DNA of 64,000 nt from Candidatus Shikimatogenerans bostrichidophilus (GCA_029851325.1 CP099830.1:84513-148512), one strand, 5' to 3'. Shown: positions 25,451 through 38,290, counted from the stretch's first letter. Notes: a model not told the origin generated them from the sequence alone. Program-made: numbers and translations.

Positions 25451-26431
25451 ATGATAAATATAGGTATAAATGGATATAATATTATAAGTAAAATGATAAT
25501 TTATAATATTATAAAAAAAAAAGATAAAAGGTTTAATATAGTAGCAATAAATATTGCTAATGAAAAAATAAATATAGATAAATTTATATATATGTTAAAA
25601 AATGACAATATTTATAAATTATCTAAAATAATAATAATTAAAGATATAAAAAATGATAAAATTATAATAAATAATAAATTTAAAATTAATATAATTAATG
25701 AAAATAATATTAATAATTTAAATTGGAAAAAATATAAAGCTAAATATATAATAGAAACTAGATATACATTAAATCCTAATATACATATTAAAAATGGAGC
25801 AAATAAAGTTATATTAACTTATACTAATTTTGATTATCCTATTTATGTATTTGGGGTAAATCATAGTAATTATAAAAAGGAAAATAATATAATATCTTAT
25901 GCTTCTAATACTACTAATTGTTTATCACCCATTTTAAAAATATTACATAGAGAATATAAAGTATTAGAATGTTTTATAACGATTTTAGAAAATAAAAATT
26001 TTAGTGAATATGATATTTTTAATAACTATTTAAATATTATTCCATATAAATCTAAAGTGAATAAAGAAATATATAAAGTATTACCAGAAATGTATAAAAA
26101 AATTAAAGATATTACTTTTAAAATTCCTAATTATATTTATATTTCTGTTGTAGATTTAACTATTCGATTAAAAAAAAATACTAATTATGAAAAAATAAAA
26201 AAGAATATAAAATTTTATTCAAAAAATGAATTAACAGGGATATTAAAGTATATAAATAAAGATATTATATATACAGATATTTTATATAATAAGATGATTT
26301 CTATATTTGATGCTAAATCTAGTATTATGCTAAATAATAATTTTTTTAAAATAATATGTTGGTATAATAATGTAATTGGATATAGTAATAAGATTATCGA
26401 TTTTATAATTTATATAGAAGATAATTATTAA
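25451..26431 (+). CDS. gapA: GAPDH homologue with degenerate active site
   Basis: IGING, GANKVIL, YVFGVNH, ASNTTNCLSP, SVVDLT, SIFDAK, WYNN..GYS. Confidence 0.88.
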   Translation: MINIGINGYNIISKMIIYNIIKKKDKRFNIVAINIANEKINIDKFIYMLKNDNIYKLSKIIIIKDIKNDKIIINNKFKINIINENNINNLNWKKYKAKYIIETRYTLNPNIHIKNGANKVILTYTNFDYPIYVFGVNHSNYKKENNIISYASNTTNCLSPILKILHREYKVLECFITILENKNFSEYDIFNNYLNIIPYKSKVNKEIYKVLPEMYKKIKDITFKIPNYIYISVVDLTIRLKKNTNYEKIKKNIKFYSKNELTGILKYINKDIIYTDILYNKMISIFDAKSSIMLNNNFFKIICWYNNVIGYSNKIIDFIIYIEDNY

Positions 26432-26884
26432 TCAAAGATTTCTATATTTAGGTATATTTTTTATAAAAAAAAGTTTATTTTTTTTTATTTTAAAAATTAT
26501 ATGATCGATTTTATTAGTTAATAAATAATATTTATTATTTAAAATCTTACCATATTGTAAAATTTGATTAAAATTATTATGGTTAATTTTTATTCTAGGT
26601 GATTTACATTCAATTATAAAATATGGATAATTTTTTTTTTTAACTAAGATATCTATTTTATAAATTCTATTTTTAATATATAAAAATTCTTCTACAGATA
26701 TATTAGATATATTATATCCCTTTATTAATATTAAATATAATATAATTTTTTGTCTTAATAATTCTTCATAAGAGAATATATAGAATTTTTTCCTAATTAT
26801 ACAAAAAATAGTTTTATAATTATTAAAAATAGATTTATAAATTTTAATTTTTTTTATTAAGAAAAAATTATAAAAATTTTTCAT
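26432..26884 (-). CDS. Stand-alone HsdR N-terminal-like PD-(D/E)xK domain protein
   Basis: IIRKKF....EELLRQ, KIDILV, IIECKSP, QILQY, LTN. Confidence 0.8.
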   Translation of the reverse strand: MKNFYNFFLIKKIKIYKSIFNNYKTIFCIIRKKFYIFSYEELLRQKIILYLILIKGYNISNISVEEFLYIKNRIYKIDILVKKKNYPYFIIECKSPRIKINHNNFNQILQYGKILNNKYYLLTNKIDHIIFKIKKNKLFFIKNIPKYRNL

Positions 26885-26908
26885 ATATATTTTTTTATAT
26901 AAATATTT

Positions 26909-27532
26909 CTATATATATATAGGTAGACATATATTAATATTATTTATAAATTTTTTGTTTAAATATAATTTATATGAAAATTTATTAAGATAATTATAAG
27001 GTATTTTATAAAAATATATTATATTTTTTATTTTTTTATAGTTATTTTTAAAATTTTTATTAATAAAAAAAAAAGTTTTATTATTATTTTTTATAATATA
27101 TTTTTGTATATTTTTAATATATTTTTTATGTTTAATTTTTTTTTTTAAAAAATTATATTCGACAATAAAAATGGAATTATCATGTTTATGTAAAATAAAA
27201 TTAATTTTATTATATTTTTTAATTATTTTTTTTTTATAATTAATTAAAAGTAAAAAAGAATTTAATTTTATTAATGGGATATTTAATGATAAACAAAACC
27301 CTTTTGCAGAAGCTAAAATATTCCTTATTCTAGTATATGATATAGCAGGACCCAAATTAACAGATATCGCATTTATTATCGTTATATTTATCTTTTTTTT
27401 TCTTAGACTTTTTAATAGATAATAATGGAATGAATTAGAATTTTTTTTTATTTTTATAAATAATTTCCCATTATAAGTTATGTTAGAATATATGAATTTA
27501 TTTTTTTCATATATATTTAATATATACGACAT
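26909..27532 (-). CDS. tsaB: TsaB (t6A biosynthesis), divergent
   Basis: NAISVNLGPAISYTRIR...AKGFCLSLNIPLI resembles the AVSxGPGSYTGLR motif. Confidence 0.85.
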   Translation of the reverse strand: MSYILNIYEKNKFIYSNITYNGKLFIKIKKNSNSFHYYLLKSLRKKKINITIINAISVNLGPAISYTRIRNILASAKGFCLSLNIPLIKLNSFLLLINYKKKIIKKYNKINFILHKHDNSIFIVEYNFLKKKIKHKKYIKNIQKYIIKNNNKTFFFINKNFKNNYKKIKNIIYFYKIPYNYLNKFSYKLYLNKKFINNINICLPIYI

Positions 27533-27553
27533 AAAAAAAAAAATAATTTTTTT

Positions 27554-29329
27554 TTGATGAAAAATTTAATTAAACAATTAAAAGATATATATATAAAAAT
27601 ATTATGTAATAATAATAAAAAGAAAAAAAAAAATAATATAAATATTTTATATAATAATTATAAGGATAATAATATATACGGAGATATAAATATAAATATA
27701 AATTCTATTTTTTTTTTAAATAAAGAAAATAAAAAAAAAATTGGAATAAAATTAGGGAATAAAATAAAAAAAAAATTAAATAAATACGTATATAAATATA
27801 ATTTTAAGAGTAATTATTTAAATATTTTTTTAAAAAAAAGATATTATATAAAAATAATAAAAAATTATATAAAATTTAATACTTTTTTAAAGAAGCAAAG
27901 TTCTAATAAAAGATACATAATAGAGTTTTCTTCTCCTAACTCAAATAAACCATTACATTTAGGTCATTTAAGAAATATTTTAATAGGTAATACAATAGCA
28001 AATATATATAAAGTTCTAGGATTTAATATAATAAAAAGCCAACTTATAAATGATAGAGGGATACATATATGTAAATCTATAATAGCTTTAAAATATTTTT
28101 TTAATAAAAAAAATTTAAAATTTAATATAAAAGGGGATCATTTTGTAGGAATATTATATTTTAAATTTGAAAAAGAATTAAAAAAAGAAATAAAATTAAT
28201 ATCTAAAAAGTATAATATAAAAAAAAAAGAAGCTATAAAATATTCTAAATTATCTAATTTAGTTAATAAGGAATTGATAAATTGGGAAAAAAAAAAGAAA
28301 GAAAGTATATATATATGGAAAAAAATAAATAAATTAGTTTATAAAGGATTTAATATAACTTATAAAAAATTAAATATAAAATTTGATGAGATACTTTATG
28401 AAAGTAAAACTTATTTATTAGGTAAAAAATTTATTTTAAAAGGGATAGAAAGAAACATTTTTTTTATAGATAAAGATAAATCTGTTTATTTTTTATATAA
28501 TAAAAAAAAAATAATTTTATTAAGGAATAACGGAACATCATTATATATAACACAAGAGATAGGTACTTTATTATATAGGATAAAAAAATATAAAAATTTT
28601 AATTTATTAATTTATGTAGTAGGGAATGAACAGATTAATCATTTTAAAGTTTTGTTTGAGATATTAAAAAATAATAAATTATTAATATATAAAAACCTAT
28701 ATCATTTATCTTATAATACTGTCAATTTTTTAGGTAAAAAAATAAAATCTAGATATATAAATAAAAATAAATATATATTTATCGATGATTTAATATCTTT
28801 TATGAATAATTATGTAAAAAATAAAATTAAAAAAAAAAAAATTGATAAAATAGTAGAATTAATTTCTTTGGGGGCTATAAAATATCAATTTATAAAAATA
28901 AATCCAAAAAAAATTATAGATTTTAATATTAATAACGTTTTAAGAATAAAAGGAAATACTGGTATATACATACAATATACATATGCTAGAATATATTCAA
29001 TCTTAAAAAAAAAAAATATAAAAAAAATAAAATTTTATGAAATTAAATTTTTAAAGTTAATAAAAAAAAATGAAATAAGTATAATAAGATTAATTTTGGA
29101 ATATGAAACTATAATAGATAGAATTTTAAAAAAATATGATCCATCTATATTAACTAATTATATTTATTTTATATCTAAAAAAATTAATAATTTTTATCAA
29201 AAAAATAAAATATTAAATATAAATAATATATATAAACAAAATTTAAGATTAATAATATGTAAAATTATATTAAATTTTTTATATTTTAATATGAAAATTT
29301 TAGGTATACCTATTTTAAAAAAAATATAA
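27554..29329 (+). CDS. argS: Arginine--tRNA ligase
   Basis: EFSSPNSNKPLHLGHLRN, NDRGIHICKS, YVVGNEQ, YIQYTYARI. Confidence 0.97.
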   Translation: MMKNLIKQLKDIYIKILCNNNKKKKKNNINILYNNYKDNNIYGDINININSIFFLNKENKKKIGIKLGNKIKKKLNKYVYKYNFKSNYLNIFLKKRYYIKIIKNYIKFNTFLKKQSSNKRYIIEFSSPNSNKPLHLGHLRNILIGNTIANIYKVLGFNIIKSQLINDRGIHICKSIIALKYFFNKKNLKFNIKGDHFVGILYFKFEKELKKEIKLISKKYNIKKKEAIKYSKLSNLVNKELINWEKKKKESIYIWKKINKLVYKGFNITYKKLNIKFDEILYESKTYLLGKKFILKGIERNIFFIDKDKSVYFLYNKKKIILLRNNGTSLYITQEIGTLLYRIKKYKNFNLLIYVVGNEQINHFKVLFEILKNNKLLIYKNLYHLSYNTVNFLGKKIKSRYINKNKYIFIDDLISFMNNYVKNKIKKKKIDKIVELISLGAIKYQFIKINPKKIIDFNINNVLRIKGNTGIYIQYTYARIYSILKKKNIKKIKFYEIKFLKLIKKNEISIIRLILEYETIIDRILKKYDPSILTNYIYFISKKINNFYQKNKILNINNIYKQNLRLIICKIILNFLYFNMKILGIPILKKI

Positions 29330-29332
29330 TTT

Positions 29333-29881
29333 ATGAATAAAATATTTAATGATATAGATAAAAAATTTAATGAAACTTTAGAATATTTTTATAAGTATTT
29401 ATCTGATATACATTTTGGTCGTGCAAATATATCTATGTTAAAAAATATTAAAATAGATATAAATAATAAGAGTTATAATATATATAATATAGCTAATATA
29501 AATATTATAGATAAAATAACATTTAAAATTATACCGTATGAAAATACCTATATGAATAAAATAAAAAAAGAAATTTTAAATCATATAGAAGGGACAATGT
29601 TTGTAAAAGAAAATAGTATAATTTTAAAATTATCTTTATTTACAGAAGAAAAAAGGTTAGACTTAATAAATAAGATTAAAATAGAATTAGAGAAAGTAAA
29701 AAATACTTTAAGAAAAATAAGAAATAAATTTAAAACTATATTAAAAAATAACAAGAATCTTTCAGAAGATGAGAAAATAAATATTAAAAATAAAATACAA
29801 GATATTTATAAAAAAAGTGTATTAACTTTAAATTTTAATTTTAATAAAAAAAAAAAAGAAATTTTAAATATAACAACTTAA
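29333..29881 (+). CDS. frr: Ribosome recycling factor
   Basis: GRAN, IIPYE, TEEKRLDL, LSEDE; 182 aa. Confidence 0.9.
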   Translation: MNKIFNDIDKKFNETLEYFYKYLSDIHFGRANISMLKNIKIDINNKSYNIYNIANINIIDKITFKIIPYENTYMNKIKKEILNHIEGTMFVKENSIILKLSLFTEEKRLDLINKIKIELEKVKNTLRKIRNKFKTILKNNKNLSEDEKINIKNKIQDIYKKSVLTLNFNFNKKKKEILNITT

Positions 29882-29890
29882 TAAAAAAAA

Positions 29891-31273
29891 ATGTATAAAT
29901 TTTATAATATAAAATATATAAATGAAAATAATAAAAAAATTTTAAATAAAATTATAATTATAAAAGGTTGGGTAAAATATTTTAGAAATAATTATTTTTT
30001 AGAAATAAATGATGGATCTACAATAAAAAATTTACAAGTTATAATAAAGAATAAAAATATAAAAAAGAAAAAAATTAGAATAGGAATTCCATTAAAAATA
30101 ATAGGAAAATTAATAAAAACAAACAATGGTATAGAAGTTAATGCATATAAAATAAAAATATATGGGAAGATAGATAAAGATTTTTTTAACAAAAGTATTT
30201 TACAAAATAAATTTCATAGTCGTTCAAAATTAAGACAACAACTTTCTTTAAGATTTAGAACAAATTTATTTAATTGTATAATTAAAATAAGGCATTTTTT
30301 ATTTATAAAAATTCATAATTATTTAAATTTAAAAAAATTTATATATATAAATACCCCTATAATTAATAAAAATAATGCAGAAGGAGCAGGTGAGGTATTT
30401 AAAATAACTACATTAAATTTATTAGATATAGATAAAAAATCAAAAGTAAATTGTAAAAAAGATTTATTTAAATGTAAAGCGAATTTAACTGTATCTGGGC
30501 AATTAGAAGTAGAAAGTGCTATGTATGGTTTAGGGAAAGTTTATACTTTTGGTCCAGTTTTTAGAGCAGATAATTCTAATACTAAGAAACATTTATCTGA
30601 ATTTTGGATGTTAGAACCTGAAATAATGTTTTATAAATTAAAAGATATAATAAAATTATCTGTAAATTTAATAAAATATTTAATAAAAGGAACTTTAAAA
30701 AATTGTAAAGAAGAGTTAGATTATTTGGATCAATATAATAAAAAATATAATAATTGTAAAGACTTAATAAATAGATTAAAAAATATTATTAACAAAAAGT
30801 ATATAAAAATAAGTTATAATAAAACGATAAAATTATTAAATAATTATAATAAAAATATAATAAATTGGGGAGATGATATTGGATCAGAACATGAAAAAAT
30901 TTTATTTAATATAGTTTTTCCTTATGAAATTCCTATCATTATATATAATTATCCTAAAAAAATAAAACCTTTTTATATGAAATTAAATAAAGATAAAATA
31001 ACGACAAAATCAATAGATATTTTATTTCCTTCTATAGGAGAAATTATAGGTGGATCAGAAAGAGAAACTTCTTATAATAAATTATTAGATAGAATAAAAA
31101 AATTAAAAATAAATATTAAAAATATTATGTGGTATATAAATTTAAGAAAATTAGGGGAAATACCTCATAGTGGTTTTGGATTAGGGTTTGATAGATTAGT
31201 ACAATATATAACTGGTATGAATAATATTAGAGATATAATACCTTATCCAATATATCCAGGGCATATTTTTTAA
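29891..31273 (+). CDS. asnS: Asparagine--tRNA ligase
   Basis: AEGAGEVF, LTVSGQLE, FRADNSNTKKHLSEFWMLEPE, PHSGFGLGFDR. Confidence 0.97.
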   Translation: MYKFYNIKYINENNKKILNKIIIIKGWVKYFRNNYFLEINDGSTIKNLQVIIKNKNIKKKKIRIGIPLKIIGKLIKTNNGIEVNAYKIKIYGKIDKDFFNKSILQNKFHSRSKLRQQLSLRFRTNLFNCIIKIRHFLFIKIHNYLNLKKFIYINTPIINKNNAEGAGEVFKITTLNLLDIDKKSKVNCKKDLFKCKANLTVSGQLEVESAMYGLGKVYTFGPVFRADNSNTKKHLSEFWMLEPEIMFYKLKDIIKLSVNLIKYLIKGTLKNCKEELDYLDQYNKKYNNCKDLINRLKNIINKKYIKISYNKTIKLLNNYNKNIINWGDDIGSEHEKILFNIVFPYEIPIIIYNYPKKIKPFYMKLNKDKITTKSIDILFPSIGEIIGGSERETSYNKLLDRIKKLKINIKNIMWYINLRKLGEIPHSGFGLGFDRLVQYITGMNNIRDIIPYPIYPGHIF

Positions 31274-31280
31274 TTATTAA

Positions 31281-32444
31281 ATGGAAAATAAAATAATAAA
31301 TTTAGATAATGCATCTAATACTAGAATGAGGAAAGAAATAATAAATATATATAAAAAAATAATATCTGATAAATATATATCTAATCCTTCTTCTTTTCAT
31401 AATTTAGGGAGATATTCTAAATCTTATATTGAAATTTCTAGAGAAAAAATATCTAATATAATTAATTGTGATCCATCTGAAATTATTTTTACATCAAGTG
31501 GAACTGAAGGTAATAATATTATTTTAAGAAATGTAATTAAAAATTATAATATTAAATATATAGTAAGTTCAAAATTAGAACATTTATCAGTACTTAATAC
31601 GATTAAAAGTTTAAATAAAGAAAATAAGATAAAAGTATTTTTTATAGATAATGATGAATTTGGTAATTTAAATTTAAACCAATTAAAAGGTATAATTAAA
31701 AAGAAAAAATCTAATATTTTAGTTAGTATAATGTATGTAAATAATGAAATAGGTAATATAAATAATATAAATAAAATAGGTGAGATTTGTAATAAATATA
31801 ACGTTTTATTTCATTCTGATTTTGTACAATATATTGGGCATTATAAGATAAATGTAAAAAAAATATTATGTCATTTTTTTTCAGTTAGCGCACATAAATT
31901 TTATGGTCCTCTAGGTATAGGTTTTATATATATTAAAACCGGTTATTTTTTGACAAGCTTTATTACAGGAGGGAATCAAGAAAGAAATATAAGATCGGGG
32001 ACTGAAAATTTATATGGGATAGTTTGTATGTATAAAGCTTTAAAAATTTGTAATAGAAATTATTATACTGAAAAAAGATATATTTTAAACTTAAAAAAAT
32101 TTTGTATTTTTTTATTAAATAAAAATATAAAAAATTTAAAATACAATGGTCTTTCAAATAAGATAAATAAAAGTGTATATAATATATTAAATTTAAGATT
32201 ACCTATAATAGACGATTTATTACATATAAAATTAGATTTAAAAAATATAATAATTTCTAAAGGAAGTTCTTGTTATAATAATAAAAAAGAATCACATGTA
32301 ATTAAAAATATATTAAATAAAAAAGATTTTAACCGGACTACTTCTATAAGAATATCTTTTAGTATTTATAATAAAAAAGAAGATATTATTTTATTTGTTA
32401 AAGAATTAAAAAAAATAATTTTTAAAGTTAAAAGAATATGTTAA
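31281..32444 (+). CDS. iscS: Cysteine desulfurase (IscS/NifS)
   Basis: LDNASNT, NPSS, FTSSGTE, SAHKFYGP (PLP Lys), SKGSSC (catalytic Cys). Confidence 0.92.
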   Translation: MENKIINLDNASNTRMRKEIINIYKKIISDKYISNPSSFHNLGRYSKSYIEISREKISNIINCDPSEIIFTSSGTEGNNIILRNVIKNYNIKYIVSSKLEHLSVLNTIKSLNKENKIKVFFIDNDEFGNLNLNQLKGIIKKKKSNILVSIMYVNNEIGNINNINKIGEICNKYNVLFHSDFVQYIGHYKINVKKILCHFFSVSAHKFYGPLGIGFIYIKTGYFLTSFITGGNQERNIRSGTENLYGIVCMYKALKICNRNYYTEKRYILNLKKFCIFLLNKNIKNLKYNGLSNKINKSVYNILNLRLPIIDDLLHIKLDLKNIIISKGSSCYNNKKESHVIKNILNKKDFNRTTSIRISFSIYNKKEDIILFVKELKKIIFKVKRIC

Positions 32445-33799
32445 ATACTTTTTATATAGAAAATTATGGGTGTCAAATGAATATATATGATAATGAATTG
32501 ATAATTAGTATATTAAAAAAAAATAATTATTATTATGTAGATAATATATTTATGGCTGATTTAATCTTAATAAATACATGTTCTATAAGAGAGAAAGCAG
32601 AAACTACTATACATAATAGATTATTATATATTAATAGTTTAAAAAGAAAAACATCTAAAATAATAGGTTTAATTGGATGTATGGCTAGAAGAATAAATTC
32701 TAATTATTATTTTAAAAAAAAATTTTTAGATTTTATTTTAGGTCCTGATCAATATAGAGAATTACCGAATATAATAAAATCTTTAAATGATAATAGATAT
32801 TTTTCTAATATAATTTTATCTAATGAAGAAACATATTCAGATATTTTTCCTACTAAAATATATAATAGGAATAAAATTACTTCATATGTAACGATTTCAA
32901 GAGGTTGTGACAATATGTGTACTTTTTGTGTAGTACCATTTACAAGAGGTAGAGAAAGAAGTAAAAGTCCTAATAATATTTTAAAGGAATGTAAAAGATT
33001 ATATAATATGGGGTATAAAGAAATTACTTTATTGGGACAAAATGTAGATTCTTATTTATGGACTAAAAAAAACTATATAAAAAAAAAAATAAAAAAAACA
33101 AGTAGAGATAAAATAGTAAATTTTTCTAATTTATTAGAATTGATAGCTAAAAATATACCAAATATGAGGATAAGGTTTTGTACATCTAATCCACATGATA
33201 TGTCTATAGATGTAATAAGTACTATAAAAAAATATAATAATATATGTAAATATATCCATTTGCCTGTACAATCTGGTAGTAATAGAATATTAAAATTAAT
33301 GAATAGAAAATATACTAGATTAGAATATATAAAATTAATAGAATTAATTAAAAATAAAATTCCAGATTGTGCAATTTCATATGATATAATAACTGGATTT
33401 TGTACAGAAACAGAGAAAGATCATATTGATACATTAAATTTAATGGAATATATAAAATATGATTTTGGATATATGTTTTGTTATTCTCATAGAAAAGGAA
33501 CATATGCTTATAATAAGTTAAAAGATGATGTATCTATAGAAAAAAAGAAGAAAAGATTAAAAGAAATAATAAATTTACAAAGAAAACATTCTTATGAAAT
33601 ATTAAACAAATATGTAAATACTATCCAAGAAGTATTAATTGAAGGAAATTCTAAGAAAGATAAAAATTATTGGTTTGGTCGTAATTCACAAAATACTTTA
33701 GTTGTTTTTAAAAAGAAAAATGAAAAAATAGGAGATTTTGTTAATGTAAAAGTATTAAAGAATACTTCTGCAACATTAATAGGGGAAAGGATAAAATAA
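32438..33799 (+). CDS. miaB: tRNA-2-methylthio-N6-dimethylallyladenosine synthase
   Basis: YGCQMN, NTCSIRE, CDNMCTFC radical-SAM motif, C-terminal TRAM domain. Confidence 0.97.
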   Translation: MLNTFYIENYGCQMNIYDNELIISILKKNNYYYVDNIFMADLILINTCSIREKAETTIHNRLLYINSLKRKTSKIIGLIGCMARRINSNYYFKKKFLDFILGPDQYRELPNIIKSLNDNRYFSNIILSNEETYSDIFPTKIYNRNKITSYVTISRGCDNMCTFCVVPFTRGRERSKSPNNILKECKRLYNMGYKEITLLGQNVDSYLWTKKNYIKKKIKKTSRDKIVNFSNLLELIAKNIPNMRIRFCTSNPHDMSIDVISTIKKYNNICKYIHLPVQSGSNRILKLMNRKYTRLEYIKLIELIKNKIPDCAISYDIITGFCTETEKDHIDTLNLMEYIKYDFGYMFCYSHRKGTYAYNKLKDDVSIEKKKKRLKEIINLQRKHSYEILNKYVNTIQEVLIEGNSKKDKNYWFGRNSQNTLVVFKKKNEKIGDFVNVKVLKNTSATLIGERIK

Positions 33800-33874
33800 A
33801 ATTAATTTTTTAAAAAAAAAAAAGTTTTATATATTATATATAGTAATATATTATAATAAATATTTTTTTATATA

Positions 33875-34153
33875 ATGAAAAAAATAAAAGTAAAACCTTT
33901 ACATGATCGTGTTATAATTAAACCTTTGCCAGTAAAAGATAAAACATCTGCAGGTATTATAATACCTGATACAGCTAAAGATAAACCTCAAAAGGGTATA
34001 GTAGTAGCAGTTGGACCAGGTAAAAAAAATTATAGTATGACTGTAAAAATTGGGGATAAGGTATTATATGGGAAATATTCAGGAACAGATTTAAAAATTA
34101 ATGAAGGAGAATATTTAATAATGCATGAAAGTGATATATTAGCGATAGTATAA
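33875..34153 (+). CDS. groES: Co-chaperonin GroES
   Basis: [25 protein letters not shown]. Confidence 0.98.
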   Translation: MKKIKVKPLHDRVIIKPLPVKDKTSAGIIIPDTAKDKPQKGIVVAVGPGKKNYSMTVKIGDKVLYGKYSGTDLKINEGEYLIMHESDILAIV

Positions 34154-34193
34154 TATATATATATAAATTATAAATAAACTTAAAAAAAAATAA

Positions 34194-35822
<1,629 letters not shown>

Positions 35823-35878
35823 AATGTAAATGTAATTTCATCTATAAAAAACAAATTTTAATAAAATATTAAATTTTA

Positions 35879-36277
35879 TTAAGATTTGTTTTTTATAAAT
35901 TTCAAAGAATAATTTTTAATAGCATTAATAATATTAAAAGTACCTATATATTTATTAATAGATAATATTTTATTTAAATTAATTTTTTTAAAAAAATTAT
36001 TTTTATCATTTATAATTTGTAAAGGTTTTTTATTAGAATATATTTTTATAATTAAAAATATAATTCCATTTATTATATTAGAGTCTGATTTTCCAATAAA
36101 AAATATTTTGTTTTTTTTTTTAAAAATAAATAACCATACATTTGTTAAACAATTATTTAATAAATATTTATTTTTTTTATATTTATTAGGATAATATGGT
36201 AATTTTTTTCCTAGTTTTATTAAATAATTATATATTTTATTATTTTTTATTTTTTTTAAAATTTTTTTATATAACAT
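35879..36277 (-). CDS. sufE: SufE-family sulfur acceptor
   Basis: YLIKLGKKLP, NCLTNVW (conserved Cys), SDSNIINGI. Confidence 0.88.
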   Translation of the reverse strand: MLYKKILKKIKNNKIYNYLIKLGKKLPYYPNKYKKNKYLLNNCLTNVWLFIFKKKNKIFFIGKSDSNIINGIIFLIIKIYSNKKPLQIINDKNNFFKKINLNKILSINKYIGTFNIINAIKNYSLKFIKNKS

Positions 36278-36293
36278 AATTAAAAAGATTAAT

Positions 36294-38075
36294 ATGAATT
36301 TAAAATATATAAGGAATTTTTGTATAATAGCTCATATAGATCATGGTAAAAGTACTTTAGCATATCAATTGTTAAAATATACTAATACTATAAAGTATAA
36401 TAAAAAATTATTAGACAATATGGAGTTAGAAATAGAAAAAGGAATAACTATAAAAAACCATATTATACAAATAAATTATAAATATAAAAATATTATTTAT
36501 AAATTAAATTTAATAGATACACCTGGACATGCGGATTTTACCTATGAAGTATACAAGTCTATTTTAGCATGTGAAGGTGCAATTTTATTAATAGATATAT
36601 CTAAAAATATACAAGCTCAAACAATATCTAATTTAAAATTAGCTTTTAAAAAAAGAATAAAAATTATACCAGTATTAAATAAAATAGATTTAGATATAAA
36701 TTATTATAATGTAAAAAAAGATGTAAAAGTTTTATTAAATTGTAAAAGTAAAGATATATTATGTATAAGTGCGAAAGAAGGTATAGGAATAAATAAATTA
36801 ATTAAAACTATTATAAAAAAAATACCTAATCCTGTTGGTGATATAAATAAACCTTTACAAGCATTTATTATAGATTCTAATTATGATAATTATAGGGGGA
36901 TTATAATTTATTTTAGAATTTTTAATGGAACAATAAAAAATAAAGATAAATTAAAATTATTATATAATAATAAAATAATTACAGTTAATAATTTAAGAAC
37001 TTTAGAGAATTTTGATAATAGAAAAAATAAAATAACTGCAGGTAATGTAGGTTCTTTTTTATATAAAACTAAAAATTTAGATGATATAATTATAGGAGAT
37101 ACTTTAGTAAATTGGGATGATAAAAAAACTAAAACAATATTTAAAATTAATGATATTAAATCGAATATATTTATTAGTATTTTTCCTTTAAATTCTACAG
37201 AATATATAAAATTAAAAAAATCTATTAAAAAATTAAAATTAAATGATTATTCCTTTACTTATATAAAAGATTTTTCTAATACATTTGGGTTTGGATTTAG
37301 ATGTGGATTCTTAGGGATATTACATTTTGAAATAATAAAAGAAAGAATATTAAGAGAATATAATATAAATATTATTACTACTATACCAAATGTAGAATAT
37401 AAAATAATATTAAAAAATAATAATATAAAATTTATAAATAATCCATTAAAATACCCTAATATTAATGAAATACTTTATATAATGGAACCATATATGAAAG
37501 TTATAATAATTACTTATAATAAATATATAGGAGATATAATTACGTTTTGTATTAAAAAAAGAGGTATTCTTATAGATCAAAAATATATAATATCATCTAA
37601 AGTAAAATTAATATTTAATTTACCTTTAAATGAAATACTTTATGATTTTTATAATAAAATTAAAGTTTTAACTAAAGGATTTAATAGTATAAATTATAAT
37701 TTTATAGGATATATAAAATCTAATATTATTAAAGTAGATATATATATAAATAATATAATTATAGATGGATTTTCTTTTTTTTCTCATATAGATAATGCAT
37801 ATATAAAGAGTAAAAATTTATGTAAAAAATTAAAAGAATTAATACCTAGAAAACAATTTGAAATACCTATACAAGCATATATAAATAATAGAATTATAGT
37901 TAGAGAAACAATACCTTCATATAGAAAAGATGTAACATCTAAATGTTATGGAGGAGATATAACTAGAAAAATGAAGCTATTAAATAAACAAAAACTTGGA
38001 AAAAGGAAAATGCGTAAAATAGGTAAAGTAGATTTACCACAATCTATATTTTTTTCATTAATAAATATTGAATAA
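36294..38075 (+). CDS. lepA: Elongation factor 4
   Basis: RNFCIIAHIDHGKST, GFRCGFLGILH, KCYGGDITRK. Confidence 0.97.
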   Translation: MNLKYIRNFCIIAHIDHGKSTLAYQLLKYTNTIKYNKKLLDNMELEIEKGITIKNHIIQINYKYKNIIYKLNLIDTPGHADFTYEVYKSILACEGAILLIDISKNIQAQTISNLKLAFKKRIKIIPVLNKIDLDINYYNVKKDVKVLLNCKSKDILCISAKEGIGINKLIKTIIKKIPNPVGDINKPLQAFIIDSNYDNYRGIIIYFRIFNGTIKNKDKLKLLYNNKIITVNNLRTLENFDNRKNKITAGNVGSFLYKTKNLDDIIIGDTLVNWDDKKTKTIFKINDIKSNIFISIFPLNSTEYIKLKKSIKKLKLNDYSFTYIKDFSNTFGFGFRCGFLGILHFEIIKERILREYNINIITTIPNVEYKIILKNNNIKFINNPLKYPNINEILYIMEPYMKVIIITYNKYIGDIITFCIKKRGILIDQKYIISSKVKLIFNLPLNEILYDFYNKIKVLTKGFNSINYNFIGYIKSNIIKVDIYINNIIIDGFSFFSHIDNAYIKSKNLCKKLKELIPRKQFEIPIQAYINNRIIVRETIPSYRKDVTSKCYGGDITRKMKLLNKQKLGKRKMRKIGKVDLPQSIFFSLINIE

Positions 38076-38128
38076 ATATTTTATTATATTATGAATTTTT
38101 TATTTATTATTAATAATAATAAGATAAA

Positions 38129-38211
38129 GGAGAGTTGCCGGAGAGGTTTAACGGACCAGTTTGCTAAACTGGCAGCTTTATGCTACATGGGTTCAAATCC
38201 CATACTCTCCG
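38129..38211 (+). tRNA. tRNA-Ser(GCT)
   Basis: Acceptor GGAGAGT/ACTCTCC, CCAGT-TTGCTAA-ACTGG, variable arm. Confidence 0.95.
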
Positions 38212-38214
38212 TCC

Positions 38215-38290
38215 CGGGGTGTAGCGTAGCCTGGATTATCGCGCCTGGTTTGGGACCAGGAGATCATAAGTTCAAATCTTGTCACCCCGA
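38215..38290 (+). tRNA. tRNA-Pro(TGG)
   Basis: Acceptor CGGGGTG/CACCCCG, CCTGG-TTTGGGA-CCAGG. Confidence 0.95.
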
